A stretch of 18,036 nt of DNA from Thermoanaerobaculia bacterium (GCA_044226625.1 JBGAGQ010000091.1:1-18036); one strand, 5' to 3'. Shown: positions 8,382-17,502, counted from the stretch's first letter. The notes: a model not told the origin generated them from the letters alone. Made by a program: numbers and translations.

Positions 8382-11300
8382 GTCGCGATCTCCTCCTCTT
8401 CGGGCTGGTACTCGGCCACCGTGATCCCCGCGAGCTGCCGGTAGATGTCCCATCGCTCGGCAGCCTGGCGCTCGGCCGCGCGGGTGAGCTCGCGGAACCG
8501 CTCCCGATCGATCTTCTCGACCATGCGGAAGCGCGCCTCGTTCTTCATGTAGTCGCGCACCCGCACTTTGGGAGTCGCCGAATCGAGTTTGAGCGGCGGC
8601 TCGCCCGCCGTCACCCGCCGCGGATCGAAGCGATAGAGCGGCCAGATGCCGCTGCCGACCGCGAGCTCCTGCTGGCTCACGCCGTGGACCATGTCGTAGC
8701 CGTGGGCGATGCAGTGGCTGTAGGCGATCAGCAGCGACGGCCCGGGGAACGCCTCGGCTTCGAGGAACGCCTGGACGGTCTGGTTGATCTTCGCGCCGAA
8801 CGCGATCTTCGCGACGTAGACGTGGCCGTAGGCCATCGCGAGCAGCCCCAGGTCCTTCTTGCCGCGGCTCTTGCCGGCGGAGGCGAACTTCGCCGCCGCG
8901 CCGAGCGGCGTCGCTTTCGACGCCTGGCCGCCGGTGTTCGAGTAGACCTCCGTGTCGAGCACCAGGAGGTTCACGTTCCTGCCGCTCGCGATCACGTGGT
9001 CGAGCCCGCCGTAGCCGATGTCGTAGGCCCAGCCGTCGCCGCCGACCAGCCAGACGCTCTTCGGCACGAGGGCGTCGGCGACCGCGGCAAGACGCTCTGC
9101 GGAGGCACCTCCGATCTCACCCAGCCGCGCCTTGAGCGCCGCCACCTGCTCGCGCCGCTCCGCGATGCCTGCCTCGGTCGAAGGCTCGGGCGCGAGAAGC
9201 GCGCCGCGCAGTTCGTCGCCGAGCTCGGGCCCGAACGCCCGCAACAGGTCGCGCGCGTGCTCGCCCTGGCGCTCGACCGCGAGGCGCATCCCGAGGCCGA
9301 ACTCCGCGTTGTCTTCGAACAGCGAGTTCGACCAGGCCGGGCCGCGTCCGTCGCGGTTGGTCGTGTACGGGGTGGTCGGCAGGTTGCCGCCGAAGATCGA
9401 AGAGCAGCCGGTCGCGTTCGCGATCAGCAGCCGATCGCCGAACAGCTGGGTGAGCAGTTTGATGTAGGGCGTCTCGCCGCAGCCGGCGCACGCGCCCGAA
9501 TACTCGAACAGCGGCTCGAAGAATTGCGAGCCCTTGGCGTCGATCCTCTTGATCCGCGAGCGGTCGGTCTCGGGCAGCTCGAGGAAGAAGGCGTAGCGCT
9601 CCCGTTCGCGTTCGCGCACCGGCCGCTGCGGCGCCATGTTGATCGCCTTCCGGCGCGGATTCGTCTTGTCCTTGGCCGGGCAAATCTCGACGCAGAGGTT
9701 GCAGCCGGTGCAGTCCTCGGGTGCCACCTGTAGTGTGTAACGGAGGCCGCCAATCTCGTTCCCCTTGCCCGGGGAGGAGAGGAAGCCCAACGGCGCGTCG
9801 GCGAGAGCGCTCTCGTCGTACGCCTTCGCGCGGATCGCCGCGTGCGGACAGACGAACGTGCACTGGTTGCACTGGATGCACAGGTCGGGCTCCCAGAGAG
9901 GAATCTCGAGCGCGATGTTGCGCTTCTCCCATTTCGCCGTGCCGACCGGCCAGGTGCCGTCGACCGGGAACGCCGAAACCGGAAGCAGGTCTCCCTTGCC
10001 CGCGAGCATCAACGCCGTCGCGCGCTGCACGAAATCGGGCGCCTCGACCGGCACCGTGGGGGGCAGCGGCCGGCCGTTCGGCGCGGTGTCCGGAACCGCG
10101 ACCTCGTGCAGGCTCGACAGGGTCGCGTCGACCGCCCGGAAGTTGCGCTGGACCAGGTCGGCGCCTTTCTTCTCATAGGTCTTTTCGATCGCGCCTTTGA
10201 TCGCAGCGATCGCCTCCTCGCGCGGCAGGACGCCGGAGATGGCGAAGAAACAGACCTGCATGATCGTGTTGATCCGGCGCCCCATGCCGGTTTCGCCCGC
10301 GACCCTGTAGGCGTCGATCGCGAAGAGGCGCAGCTTCTTCCTCTGGACCTCCTCCTGGACCTCGAGCGGAAGATGGTCCCAGACCGACTCGGGCCCGTAC
10401 GGAGCGTTCAGCAGGAAAACCGCGCCCGGCACGGCGGCGGCGAGGAGGTCGAAGCGGGTGAGGAAGTCGAACTGGTGACAGGCGACGAACGAGGCGCTCC
10501 GGATCAGATACGTCGAGCGGATCGGATCGGGACCGAACCGAAGATGCGAGATCGTCGTCGCGCCCGACTTCTTCGAGTCGTAGACGAAATACCCCTGGGC
10601 GAAGTTGTCGGTCCCCTCGCCGATGATCTTGATCGTGTTTTTGTTCGCCCCCACGGTCCCGTCCGAGCCGAGGCCGTAGAAGATCGCCCGCACGACGCTC
10701 GCGGGCTCGAGATCGAAGCCGTCGTCGATCGGGAGCGAGAGATGTGTGACGTCGTCGCGGATGCCGACCGTGAAGCGGCGGCGCGGAGCCTCGCGCGAGA
10801 GCTCGTCGAAGATCGACGCGACCATGGCCGGCGTGAACTCCTTCGAGGAGAGCCCATAGCGGCCGGCGACGACCGCGGGCATCGATCCCGTGGGTAGCGT
10901 GGCGGCAGCCTGGGCCTCGGCGAGCGCGCCGAGAACCGCTAGATACAGCGGATCGCCCACCGCCCCCGGCTCCTTGGTCCGGTCGAGCACGGCGAGCCGA
11001 CGGGCGGAGGTGGGGAGCACGGACAGGAAGTGGCCGAGCGAGAACGGCTGGAACAGGCGGACCTCGATCAGGCCGACCCGCTCGCCCCGGCTCGCCAGGA
11101 ACTCGACCGTCTCCTCGGCCGCGCCGCATCCCGAGCCCATCATCACGATCACGCGTTCGGCTTGCGGATGCCCCACGTAGTCGAACAGCCGGTAGCGCCG
11201 GCCGGTGCGATCGGCGAAGCGCTCCATCTCTTCGGCGACGATCCCCGGGCAGGCGTCGTAGTAGCCGTTCGCCGCTTCGCGCGCCTGGAAGAACGTGTCG

Positions 11301-11965
11301 GGGTTCTGCGCCGTGCCGCGCAACACCGGGTGATCGGGCGAGAGCGCCCGCGTCCGGTGCGCCGTGATCGCCTCTTCGGGTATCAGCGCGCGGAGGTCGT
11401 CGTCCGAAAGCTCCTCGATCTTCGCCACCTCGTGCGAGGTGCGGAAGCCGTCGAAGAAATGGAGGAACGGAATCCGCGACCGAAGCGTCGAAGCGGTCGC
11501 GATCGCCGCCAGGTCGTGCGCCTCCTGGACCGAGGCGGAGGCGAGCATCGCGAAGCCGGTCGACCGGCACGACATGACGTCCGAGTGGTCGCCAAAGATG
11601 GAAAGAGCGTGCGTGGCGAGCGAGCGCGCCGCGACGTGCATCACGAACGGCGTGAGCTCGCCGGCGATCTTGTACATGTTGGGGATCATCAGCAGGAGCC
11701 CCTGCGACGCGGTGAACGTCGTCGCCAGCGCCCCCGCTTGCAACGCGCCGTGGACCGCCCCGGCCGCTCCTCCCTCGGACTGCATCTCGATCACCTCGGG
11801 GACCGTGCCCCAGAGGTTCTTCGAGCCCTTGGTCGCCCACTCGTCGGCCAGCTCGCCCATCGCCGACGACGGAGTGATCGGATAGATCGCGATCACCTCG
11901 CTCGTTCGATAGGCGACCGAAGCCGCCGCCTCGTTGCCGTCGATCGTCATCCGCCGCCCTGGCAT
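8378..11965 (-). CDS. nifJ: Pyruvate:ferredoxin (flavodoxin) oxidoreductase, single-chain (1195 aa)
   Basis: DGNEA, YPITP, EMQSEGGA, TFTASQGLLLM, two ferredoxin motifs (CIQCNQCTFVCP, CTGCNLCVEICP), GACAGCGE, ANATGCSSI, TPP motif GGDGWAYDIG. RBS AGGAGG (11973-11978) 7 nt before ATG 11965. Confidence 0.97.
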   Translation of the reverse strand: MPGRRMTIDGNEAAASVAYRTSEVIAIYPITPSSAMGELADEWATKGSKNLWGTVPEVIEMQSEGGAAGAVHGALQAGALATTFTASQGLLLMIPNMYKIAGELTPFVMHVAARSLATHALSIFGDHSDVMSCRSTGFAMLASASVQEAHDLAAIATASTLRSRIPFLHFFDGFRTSHEVAKIEELSDDDLRALIPEEAITAHRTRALSPDHPVLRGTAQNPDTFFQAREAANGYYDACPGIVAEEMERFADRTGRRYRLFDYVGHPQAERVIVMMGSGCGAAEETVEFLASRGERVGLIEVRLFQPFSLGHFLSVLPTSARRLAVLDRTKEPGAVGDPLYLAVLGALAEAQAAATLPTGSMPAVVAGRYGLSSKEFTPAMVASIFDELSREAPRRRFTVGIRDDVTHLSLPIDDGFDLEPASVVRAIFYGLGSDGTVGANKNTIKIIGEGTDNFAQGYFVYDSKKSGATTISHLRFGPDPIRSTYLIRSASFVACHQFDFLTRFDLLAAAVPGAVFLLNAPYGPESVWDHLPLEVQEEVQRKKLRLFAIDAYRVAGETGMGRRINTIMQVCFFAISGVLPREEAIAAIKGAIEKTYEKKGADLVQRNFRAVDATLSSLHEVAVPDTAPNGRPLPPTVPVEAPDFVQRATALMLAGKGDLLPVSAFPVDGTWPVGTAKWEKRNIALEIPLWEPDLCIQCNQCTFVCPHAAIRAKAYDESALADAPLGFLSSPGKGNEIGGLRYTLQVAPEDCTGCNLCVEICPAKDKTNPRRKAINMAPQRPVRERERERYAFFLELPETDRSRIKRIDAKGSQFFEPLFEYSGACAGCGETPYIKLLTQLFGDRLLIANATGCSSIFGGNLPTTPYTTNRDGRGPAWSNSLFEDNAEFGLGMRLAVERQGEHARDLLRAFGPELGDELRGALLAPEPSTEAGIAERREQVAALKARLGEIGGASAERLAAVADALVPKSVWLVGGDGWAYDIGYGGLDHVIASGRNVNLLVLDTEVYSNTGGQASKATPLGAAAKFASAGKSRGKKDLGLLAMAYGHVYVAKIAFGAKINQTVQAFLEAEAFPGPSLLIAYSHCIAHGYDMVHGVSQQELAVGSGIWPLYRFDPRRVTAGEPPLKLDSATPKVRVRDYMKNEARFRMVEKIDRERFRELTRAAERQAAERWDIYRQLAGITVAEYQPEEEEIAT

Positions 11966-12088
11966 GTCACGGCCTCCTGGGAGCAAGAACCGCTCTCCGA
12001 GAAGCTACTGCCGGGGGAAATTCCAGTCGCCACCCGGCCGGGCGGGCGGCAGGTTCTCGATGCCTAGGCGGGCTCGCGGGGCCCATGG

Positions 12089-12212
12089 AGGGAGCTCCGG
12101 GCCGCTGGGTCGGTTTTTGGACCCGGCTCCGGCTCCTTCGGGTGCGCGCCTGCGGCGCTGCCAGTCGCTCTCGCCGGGTCAAAAACCGACGCTGGGCGGC
12201 CCTCGTCGGACT
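12089..12212 (+). repeat. Structured intergenic repeat, copy A (REP/MITE-like, ~124 bp)
   Basis: About 84% identical by manual alignment to the reverse complement of 12978-13100. Internal inverted repeat GTCGGTTTTT(G)GACCCGGC (12109-12127) / GCCGGGTCAAAAACCGAC (12173-12190). Confidence 0.88.
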
Positions 12213-12252
12213 TCCGAGGATGGCGAACGCGCGTGTTCGCGCCCTTAATCCA

Positions 12253-12305
12253 GTCGAAGCCCCTCGCGGGTCATTCCAGCCAGCCCGGTTTGAGGGGTTC
12301 CCTAC
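12253..12305 (-). terminator. Hairpin starting at the vapC stop codon (terminator-like or REP-like)
   Basis: Minus strand GTAGGGAACCCCTC...GAGGGGCTTCGAC with an inner CGGG/CCCG pair. No clear U-tract. Confidence 0.35.
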
Positions 12306-12685
12306 ACTCGCTCCAGCTGAGGCAGCGCGTCGAAATGCCGATCCCGGGCGGAGAGAACCAAGCCATTCTCGAGGACTAGGGCGGCGATCCAAAGGTCGTT
12401 CGTGGGGATCGGAGTCCCTTGCTCCTTGAGCTGCCGATAGAGGCTCGCTTAGTGCCGGGTCGTCGCTTCGGTCGCCCAAAGCACCGCGACTCCCGGCTTG
12501 GAAAGGAAGCGCTGCAGGATCCTCTCGTTCTCTCGGCCTCGGGTACCCAACGAAAACCCCGCGCGGAGCTCGGCCAACGTTACGAAGGGTAAGAAGACCG
12601 CCTCGGCCCGCTCGACAAGCCGTTCGAGGTCAGCATCGCCCCGGCAGAGATCCGAGAACCGATTGGTGTCGAGCGCGAGCCTCAA
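12302..12685 (-). pseudogene. vapC: VapC-family PIN-domain toxin interrupted by one in-frame TAA (12449-12451)
   Basis: Reads MRLALDTN...FVTLAELRAG...ATTRH*ASLYRQLKEQGTPIPTNDLWIAALVLENGLVLSARDRHFDALPQLERV* in one frame. PIN motifs DTN, E, D-x-W-IAA and RDRHF are present. TTG 12685 overlaps the antitoxin stop (TTGA); GTG 12691 is an alternative start. Confidence 0.88.
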
Positions 12686-12924
12686 CGCCACAACTCGGGA
12701 TCGATCTTCCTCTGCTCTTCGAGGGCGCGATCCACTTCCGGATCTTCGACCCAGTTTCCGGCCACGTCGGAGAGATCCCGTCTCTTGAGTTCCTCTCCCC
12801 GAAGAGCAAAGGCCTGAAGCAAAGCCTCGAGAGCAACCTCGTTTAGGCTCTTTCGCTCCGCCTGGGCTCGATGGCGCAACGCTTGGTCGAGGTGCGGGGG
12901 TACGTTGCGGAGGGTGTACTGCAT
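12682..12924 (-). CDS. Ribbon-helix-helix antitoxin (VapB/FitA-like, 80 aa)
   Basis: MQYTLRNVPPHLDQALRHRAQAERKSLNEVALEAL has the Arc/FitA RHH pattern (beta strand TLRN, SLN turn); acidic C-terminus; lies directly upstream of and overlaps the PIN gene. Confidence 0.85.
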   Translation of the reverse strand: MQYTLRNVPPHLDQALRHRAQAERKSLNEVALEALLQAFALRGEELKRRDLSDVAGNWVEDPEVDRALEEQRKIDPELWR

Positions 12925-12959
12925 GCAGGCATCTTAGAGATCCCATGCAGGCAGGTCAA
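12922..12959 (-). promoter_or_regulatory. Sigma70-type promoter of the TA operon (TTGACC-17-TAAGAT), leaderless, with a 10-bp direct-repeat operator candidate
   Basis: Minus strand TTGACC (12954-12959), 17 bp, TAAGAT (12931-12936), GCCTGC, ATG. TGCCTGCATG occurs at 12944-12953 and 12922-12931. Confidence 0.7.
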
Positions 12960-12977
12960 GGAGACTAACCTGCCCGC

Positions 12978-13100
12978 AGTCCGAGGAGGGCCGGATCGTC
13001 GGTTCTCGACCCGGCGGAAGCCGACTGGCAGCGCCGAAGGCGCGCACCCGAAGGAGCCGGAGACGGGTCGAGGAACCGACCCCGGGGCCTGGAGCTTCCC
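12978..13100 (-). repeat. Structured intergenic repeat, copy B (inverted relative to copy A)
   Basis: Reverse complement aligns to 12089-12212, including a 41-bp core with one mismatch. Own internal stem GTCGGTTCTCGACCCG (12998-13013) / CGGGTCGAGGAACCGAC (13064-13080). Confidence 0.88.
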
Positions 13101-13108
13101 ACCCGGCA

Positions 13109-13789
13109 CTACATCTCGGCCCACCTCCGAATCAGGTTGTGGTACACGCCCGTGAGCTGAACGATCGGCGCCGGGTCCGCTAGGTGCTCGCCAGCCCGCC
13201 GAATCCCGGTGTCGAGGTCGAAGAGCAGTGTGCGCGCGCCGTCGTCGCGCACCATGCTCTGGATCCAGAAGAACGAGCAGACGCGGGTGCCGCGGGTGAC
13301 CGGCCGGACGTGGTGGAGGCTGGTCGAGGGGTAGAGCACGAGATCCCCCGCCGGGAGCTTCACGGGATGGACGCCGTAGGTGTCCTCTACGATCAGCTCG
13401 CCCCCGTCGTAGGTGTCGGGCTCGGCGAGGAAGAGCGTCGCGGAGAGGTCGGTGCGGATGCGATGCGGCGTTCCCGGGACCTGGCGGATCGCGTTGTCGA
13501 CGTGGGTACCGAAGGACTGGCCGCCGGAATAGCGGTTGAACAGCGGCGGGAAGACCTGGAGCGGCAGCGCCGCCGAGACGAACAGGGCGCTCCGCTGAAG
13601 CGCGGCGAGGATCATCTCCCCCACCTCGCGTGCAACCGGGCTTCCCTCGACCAACTGCTCGTTGTCTTTCGCTCGGGCCGACTGCGGGCCGGCGGTCGCC
13701 TTGCCGTCGATCCACTCAGCTGAATCGAGCAGTCGGCGTGCCTCGGCGACCTGTTCGGACGTGAGGAGAGAGGGTATTTGAATCAGCAT
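13109..13789 (-). CDS. piuC: PKHD-type Fe(II)/2-oxoglutarate-dependent hydroxylase (PiuC/YbiX family, 226 aa)
   Basis: [77 protein letters not shown] 6 nt before the ATG. Confidence 0.95.
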   Translation of the reverse strand: MLIQIPSLLTSEQVAEARRLLDSAEWIDGKATAGPQSARAKDNEQLVEGSPVAREVGEMILAALQRSALFVSAALPLQVFPPLFNRYSGGQSFGTHVDNAIRQVPGTPHRIRTDLSATLFLAEPDTYDGGELIVEDTYGVHPVKLPAGDLVLYPSTSLHHVRPVTRGTRVCSFFWIQSMVRDDGARTLLFDLDTGIRRAGEHLADPAPIVQLTGVYHNLIRRWAEM

Positions 13790-13808
13790 CTTGGGCTCCG
13801 TCTTGGGG

Positions 13809-16124
13809 TCAGAACGAGATCTGCGTGGTCAGCGCCAGCGAACGGCCGGGACCGGGGATGAAATGCCCTCCGCCGACCCGATCGATGTAACGCTCGTCGG
13901 CCAGGTTCGAGCCGTTGAGCCGCAGGGAGAGATGGTCGTTCACCGTGTAGGACACCGTGGCGTCGAGCGTGAGATAGGCCGGCGCGCGGCGGTTGTTGGT
14001 GTTGTTGCTGAAGCGGGCGCCGACGTAACTGCCGCCGCCGCCGACCTCCCAACCCGAACGGAAGCGGTACGACGACCAAAGGCTCCAAGAGTCCTCCGGC
14101 GTGTTCGCGAGCCGCTTGCCGACCTCGGCGGGAGTGTTCGAGCGGACGACCTCGCTCTCCATGTGCGAATAGCCCGCGAACACCGACCACCGGCGCGTGA
14201 GCCGGCCGGTGAGGCCGACCTCCAGGCCGTCGACCCGCTGCTCCCCGTCGAGCACCGTCGGTGGATCCCCAGGCAGGCCGGGCGTCCGGGCGTTCGTCTT
14301 TTCGCTGCGAAAGACCGCGGCGTTCGCCGACAGGCGCGAGTCGAAGAAATCCCACTTCGTCCCCAGCTCGAACGTGCGGCTCGTCTCGGGTTCGAGATCG
14401 ACCGTCGCCGCCGTGAGGCTCAATCCGGTGGCGCCGTCGGCCGAGGGGTTGAACGACGTGCCGGCGCCGAAATAAGCGCTGCCTCGGGCACCCCAACCGC
14501 GAACCACCGCGGCGCGCCAGCTCACCTGCGAGTCGATCCGCTCGAAAGCGAGCGCCGTTCCGTCGGCCGCCACGTTCTCGAAATCGACCGCGAAGCGATC
14601 CCATCGAAGGCCGGCCGAGAGCTTCCACTCGGCGCCGAGCGAGACGGTGTCGAACAAGTACGCGGCGGCTGTGTCGGCCTCGCTTTCCGTGCGCGCGCCG
14701 GTCAAGACCACCGGCCCGGCGTAGGCCTGGTGCGGATTGGGATCGTAGAGATCGGCGAGCGGAGCCGTGGGGCCCGTGCGCAGCCGGTTGCGGGAGGTCT
14801 CCCGCGAAATCTCGACGCCGGTTGCGATCGAATGCTCGACCGCTCCGGTCCGGGTCTCGAGCACGAGATCGGTTTGATGGGCGAGGATGCCGTCGTCGAG
14901 CAGACGGGACTGAAGCTGGCGGTTCAGGTCGGTCGTCTGATCGCTCGCGAACCGCGGCGCCGTGATCACCGAGTCGCGTTTCGCCTCGCCGTTTCGCACC
15001 ACGCTCTTGAGCATCGCGGACGAGCCGAGGTTGCGCTCCACGACCGCCGTCGCGATGGAGGTCGAGAGATCCTCGTGATCGCGGTCGATCAACCCATAGA
15101 AATTGCCGAACGAAACCGGCGCCGGCCGATCGGCGAAAGCCGCGAGCGGCCGGTTCGTCGCAGGCACCCAAGGAATGCCGTACTCCGGCAGGTTGTCCTG
15201 CGACAGATAGGAGTAGGAAAGCCGACCGCGCGTTTCGCCCCCGAGGCCGATCGCGAGCGACGGCGAGACGCCCCAACGGCTGTTTTCGACCTCGTCGCGT
15301 CCGGGGGTGTCCCCCCGGCTCCAGACGGCGTTGACCCGCAGCGCGGAATCGCGAAACGCCTCGCCCTCCGTGCTCGAATCCGCGAGCCCCACGGGATGAT
15401 TGACGTCGAGCGTCGCGCGCTCGAAGCGGTCGGTGCCCAAGGAGAGCGCGGCGGAGCGTGCCGAGGCGAGGATCGGCGCCTTGGTGATCAGATTGATCAC
15501 GCCGCCGGTCGAGCCGCGGCCGGCGATCGTCGACGCGGGCCCCTTGGCGACCTCGACCTGGTCGAGGTTGTAGGGGTCCCGCGAGTAGGCGCCGAAGTCG
15601 CGCACCCCGTCGACGAAGATGTCGTTGCGCGCCGCGAAACCGCGGATCGCGAGGTTGTCGCCGGGCAGACCTCCCCCGCCTTCCCCCGCCTGAAGGCTGA
15701 TCCCCGTCACGTTACGCAGGACGTCGCGCAACGTCGTCGCCCCCTGCTCGGCGATCAGCTCGCGCGGCACCAGGGTGATCGTCTGCGGCGTCTCGCGCAG
15801 CGGAGCCGTGTACTTGATCGACTCGGGCCGTGCCGGGGCCGTGACCTCGATCGTGTCGGTGACGGGCGGAAGCTCTGGATCGCCGTCCGCGGGCGCCGCG
15901 TCTTTTCCGGTCGAGCCCTCCTCCGGTCCGGCCGGCCGGCCGATCGCCGGGGGCTCGGAGGAGGAAGCTCGATCGGCCGCTCCGGCGGGACTCGCGATCG
16001 GCAACGCGACAGCAGCAGACGTCGCCGCGGCGAGCGCTAGCGTCGCCATCCAGGAGGGGCGTGACGCGTGCTTCTTCGCCAACCGGCGCCGGTGGCGAGC
16101 GACTTTGCGGGACATCCTTCTCAC
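13809..16124 (-). CDS. TonB-dependent siderophore receptor (Fiu/PiuA-like, ~771 aa)
   Basis: TonB box DTIEVTA, plug motifs [28 protein letters not shown]...[14 protein letters not shown]...GGVINL; C-terminal NLADERY...PGPGRS...ISF. GTG 16124 overlaps the PepSY stop (GTGA) with AAGGAG 7 nt upstream; ATG 16115 is an alternative. Confidence 0.95.
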   Translation of the reverse strand: MRRMSRKVARHRRRLAKKHASRPSWMATLALAAATSAAVALPIASPAGAADRASSSEPPAIGRPAGPEEGSTGKDAAPADGDPELPPVTDTIEVTAPARPESIKYTAPLRETPQTITLVPRELIAEQGATTLRDVLRNVTGISLQAGEGGGGLPGDNLAIRGFAARNDIFVDGVRDFGAYSRDPYNLDQVEVAKGPASTIAGRGSTGGVINLITKAPILASARSAALSLGTDRFERATLDVNHPVGLADSSTEGEAFRDSALRVNAVWSRGDTPGRDEVENSRWGVSPSLAIGLGGETRGRLSYSYLSQDNLPEYGIPWVPATNRPLAAFADRPAPVSFGNFYGLIDRDHEDLSTSIATAVVERNLGSSAMLKSVVRNGEAKRDSVITAPRFASDQTTDLNRQLQSRLLDDGILAHQTDLVLETRTGAVEHSIATGVEISRETSRNRLRTGPTAPLADLYDPNPHQAYAGPVVLTGARTESEADTAAAYLFDTVSLGAEWKLSAGLRWDRFAVDFENVAADGTALAFERIDSQVSWRAAVVRGWGARGSAYFGAGTSFNPSADGATGLSLTAATVDLEPETSRTFELGTKWDFFDSRLSANAAVFRSEKTNARTPGLPGDPPTVLDGEQRVDGLEVGLTGRLTRRWSVFAGYSHMESEVVRSNTPAEVGKRLANTPEDSWSLWSSYRFRSGWEVGGGGSYVGARFSNNTNNRRAPAYLTLDATVSYTVNDHLSLRLNGSNLADERYIDRVGGGHFIPGPGRSLALTTQISF

Positions 16125-17326
16125 GGGCGTTCTCCTTCCTGGGTTCGGACGGCGTTTCGAGAGCGGAATCGGGACATTCGAGGGACGACGAGCCGTCGCC
16201 AGGCGAGGGCGAACCCGGTCCAGACCATCACCAGAGAGCCCGCGGAGGCGATCCCCGCGGCGAGCTGGCCGAGCGGGCCGCCCGCCTCCCCGGTGTGGAG
16301 GAAGCGGAGCCAAGATCGGGCGCGCCGCCCGGCGCTCTCCTCGGCGAACGGACGCCAGGCGACGAGCGCGCCGCTCTTCCGATCGAGCTCCAGCGTGGCG
16401 CGCAGATCGGGGCGGCCACGGTGGGAGCGCGCAATCGAGAAGGTGATCGTCTCGTCGTCCGGCTTCGGCAGGCGGACCGCGATCGTCCGCCAGCCCGCGA
16501 CCTGGGACCGGGCGGTACGGAGGAGGGGGTCGATGCCGGCGAGGCTCGACGGATCGAAGGCTTCCGGCCGGTCTCCCGATCCGGTTCGCTCGCGCGCTCC
16601 CGCCGGGCGGGGCGTCTCACGAGGCGGCTCGCCGCCCGCCCATCGAAACAGAAGCCCGTTCGCCCAGTCGTAGGACATCACCACGCCCGAGACCGTGATC
16701 ACCAAGAGCGCTGGCGCGGTCCAGAGACCGATCGCGTGATGCCAGTTGAAATCGCGCGCCTTGCCCGAGAGACCACCGCGGAACCAGGCGACGGCGCGCA
16801 GCCGCCGCCGATCGAGGACTCGCGGCACCCAGAGATAGAGGCCGGACAGGACGAGGGCGAGAAACGCGAGGTTCGCGGCCCCGGTCAACGCGCGGCCGAG
16901 CTCCCTCCGCTCGGAGCCGAGTGCCAGAAAGCGATGTACCTCAGTAGACGCGCGGAAGAACGCGCGGAGGCGCTTTGCCCCGAAGCCGACCGGCGCGCCG
17001 GTATAGGGATCGATGAAGAGGACCCCTTCGCGGCCAAGCGCGAGGGCCGTCGCCGTTCGCGGATCGGCGGCGACCGAGAGGCTCGTGGGGACGACCTCGG
17101 GGTGAACCGCGAGGGTCCGCCGGACCTGTTCCTCGACCGAAAGGGGTGCAGCACCGGCGGGAGGAACGACCCGCGAGACCGAGAGGTCCGCCCGCTCGAC
17201 CAACTGCCGCTCGAAGGTGAGCAGGACGCCGGTCAAAGCCATCGCGAAGACGATGGCGCCGGCCACTAGCCCGGTTGCGAGATGAAACCAGAACGCCACG
17301 GGTCGCAACGGCAGAGGCAGCCTCAT
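16121..17326 (-). CDS. PepSY-associated TM helix protein (PiuB-like iron-regulated membrane protein, 401 aa)
   Basis: FWFHLATGL...ALTG, FIDPYTG, VHRFL, LSGLYLW, FNWHHAIGLW...SG, LRFLHTGE...G, VWTGFALAWRR (His-bearing helices). ATG 17326 preceded by GGTGGAG. Confidence 0.92.
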   Translation of the reverse strand: MRLPLPLRPVAFWFHLATGLVAGAIVFAMALTGVLLTFERQLVERADLSVSRVVPPAGAAPLSVEEQVRRTLAVHPEVVPTSLSVAADPRTATALALGREGVLFIDPYTGAPVGFGAKRLRAFFRASTEVHRFLALGSERRELGRALTGAANLAFLALVLSGLYLWVPRVLDRRRLRAVAWFRGGLSGKARDFNWHHAIGLWTAPALLVITVSGVVMSYDWANGLLFRWAGGEPPRETPRPAGARERTGSGDRPEAFDPSSLAGIDPLLRTARSQVAGWRTIAVRLPKPDDETITFSIARSHRGRPDLRATLELDRKSGALVAWRPFAEESAGRRARSWLRFLHTGEAGGPLGQLAAGIASAGSLVMVWTGFALAWRRLVVPRMSRFRSRNAVRTQEGERP

Positions 17327-17502
17327 GGGCGCTCCACCGGCGTACACGACCCGCCGCGCGGCCGACCTGCTCGCCGCATATACTTCCCCCGTAATCGAAA
17401 GCCGTCCGGACCCGTCCGGGCGGCGCGGTTATCGGGAGCGCGACCGAGCCGACCCCGCCAAGGATGCCTCGGTTGCCTCCCGCTTTCTTGGTCTCGTCAA
17501 CT

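Noticed and set aside
11966-12088. FNR or Rex box upstream of nifJ
   Set aside because: No TTGAT-N4-ATCAA or TTGTGAA-N4-TTCACAA-like site seen; only a weak -10 (TAGCTT, 12002-12007) without a convincing -35.
12449-12451. Recoding of the vapC internal stop as Sec or Pyl
   Set aside because: The codon is TAA, not TGA or TAG, and the context suggests Tyr.
12030-13107. 9-bp direct repeat CCACCCGGC (12030-12038 and 13099-13107) as a target-site duplication
   Set aside because: The left copy is ~50 bp from repeat A and the motif is GC-rich, so chance is likely; an empty-site comparison would be needed.
12450-13111. 11-bp inverted match TAGTGCCGGGT (12450-12460) / ACCCGGCACTA (13101-13111) touching both the nonsense codon and the piuC stop
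   Set aside because: A match of this length within ~1 kb of GC-rich DNA is plausible by chance, and it does not template the mutated base.
869-16040. Long antisense or alternative-frame ORFs (e.g. 869..3010+, 6146..7561+, 10173..11840-, 13791..16040+)
   Set aside because: They overlap well-supported genes, lack motifs and are expected shadow frames at ~70% GC.
17327-17502. Cobalamin or other known riboswitch in the leader of the TonB receptor operon
   Set aside because: No B12-box or other recognisable aptamer motif; the receptor is siderophore-type with a Fur-like box.
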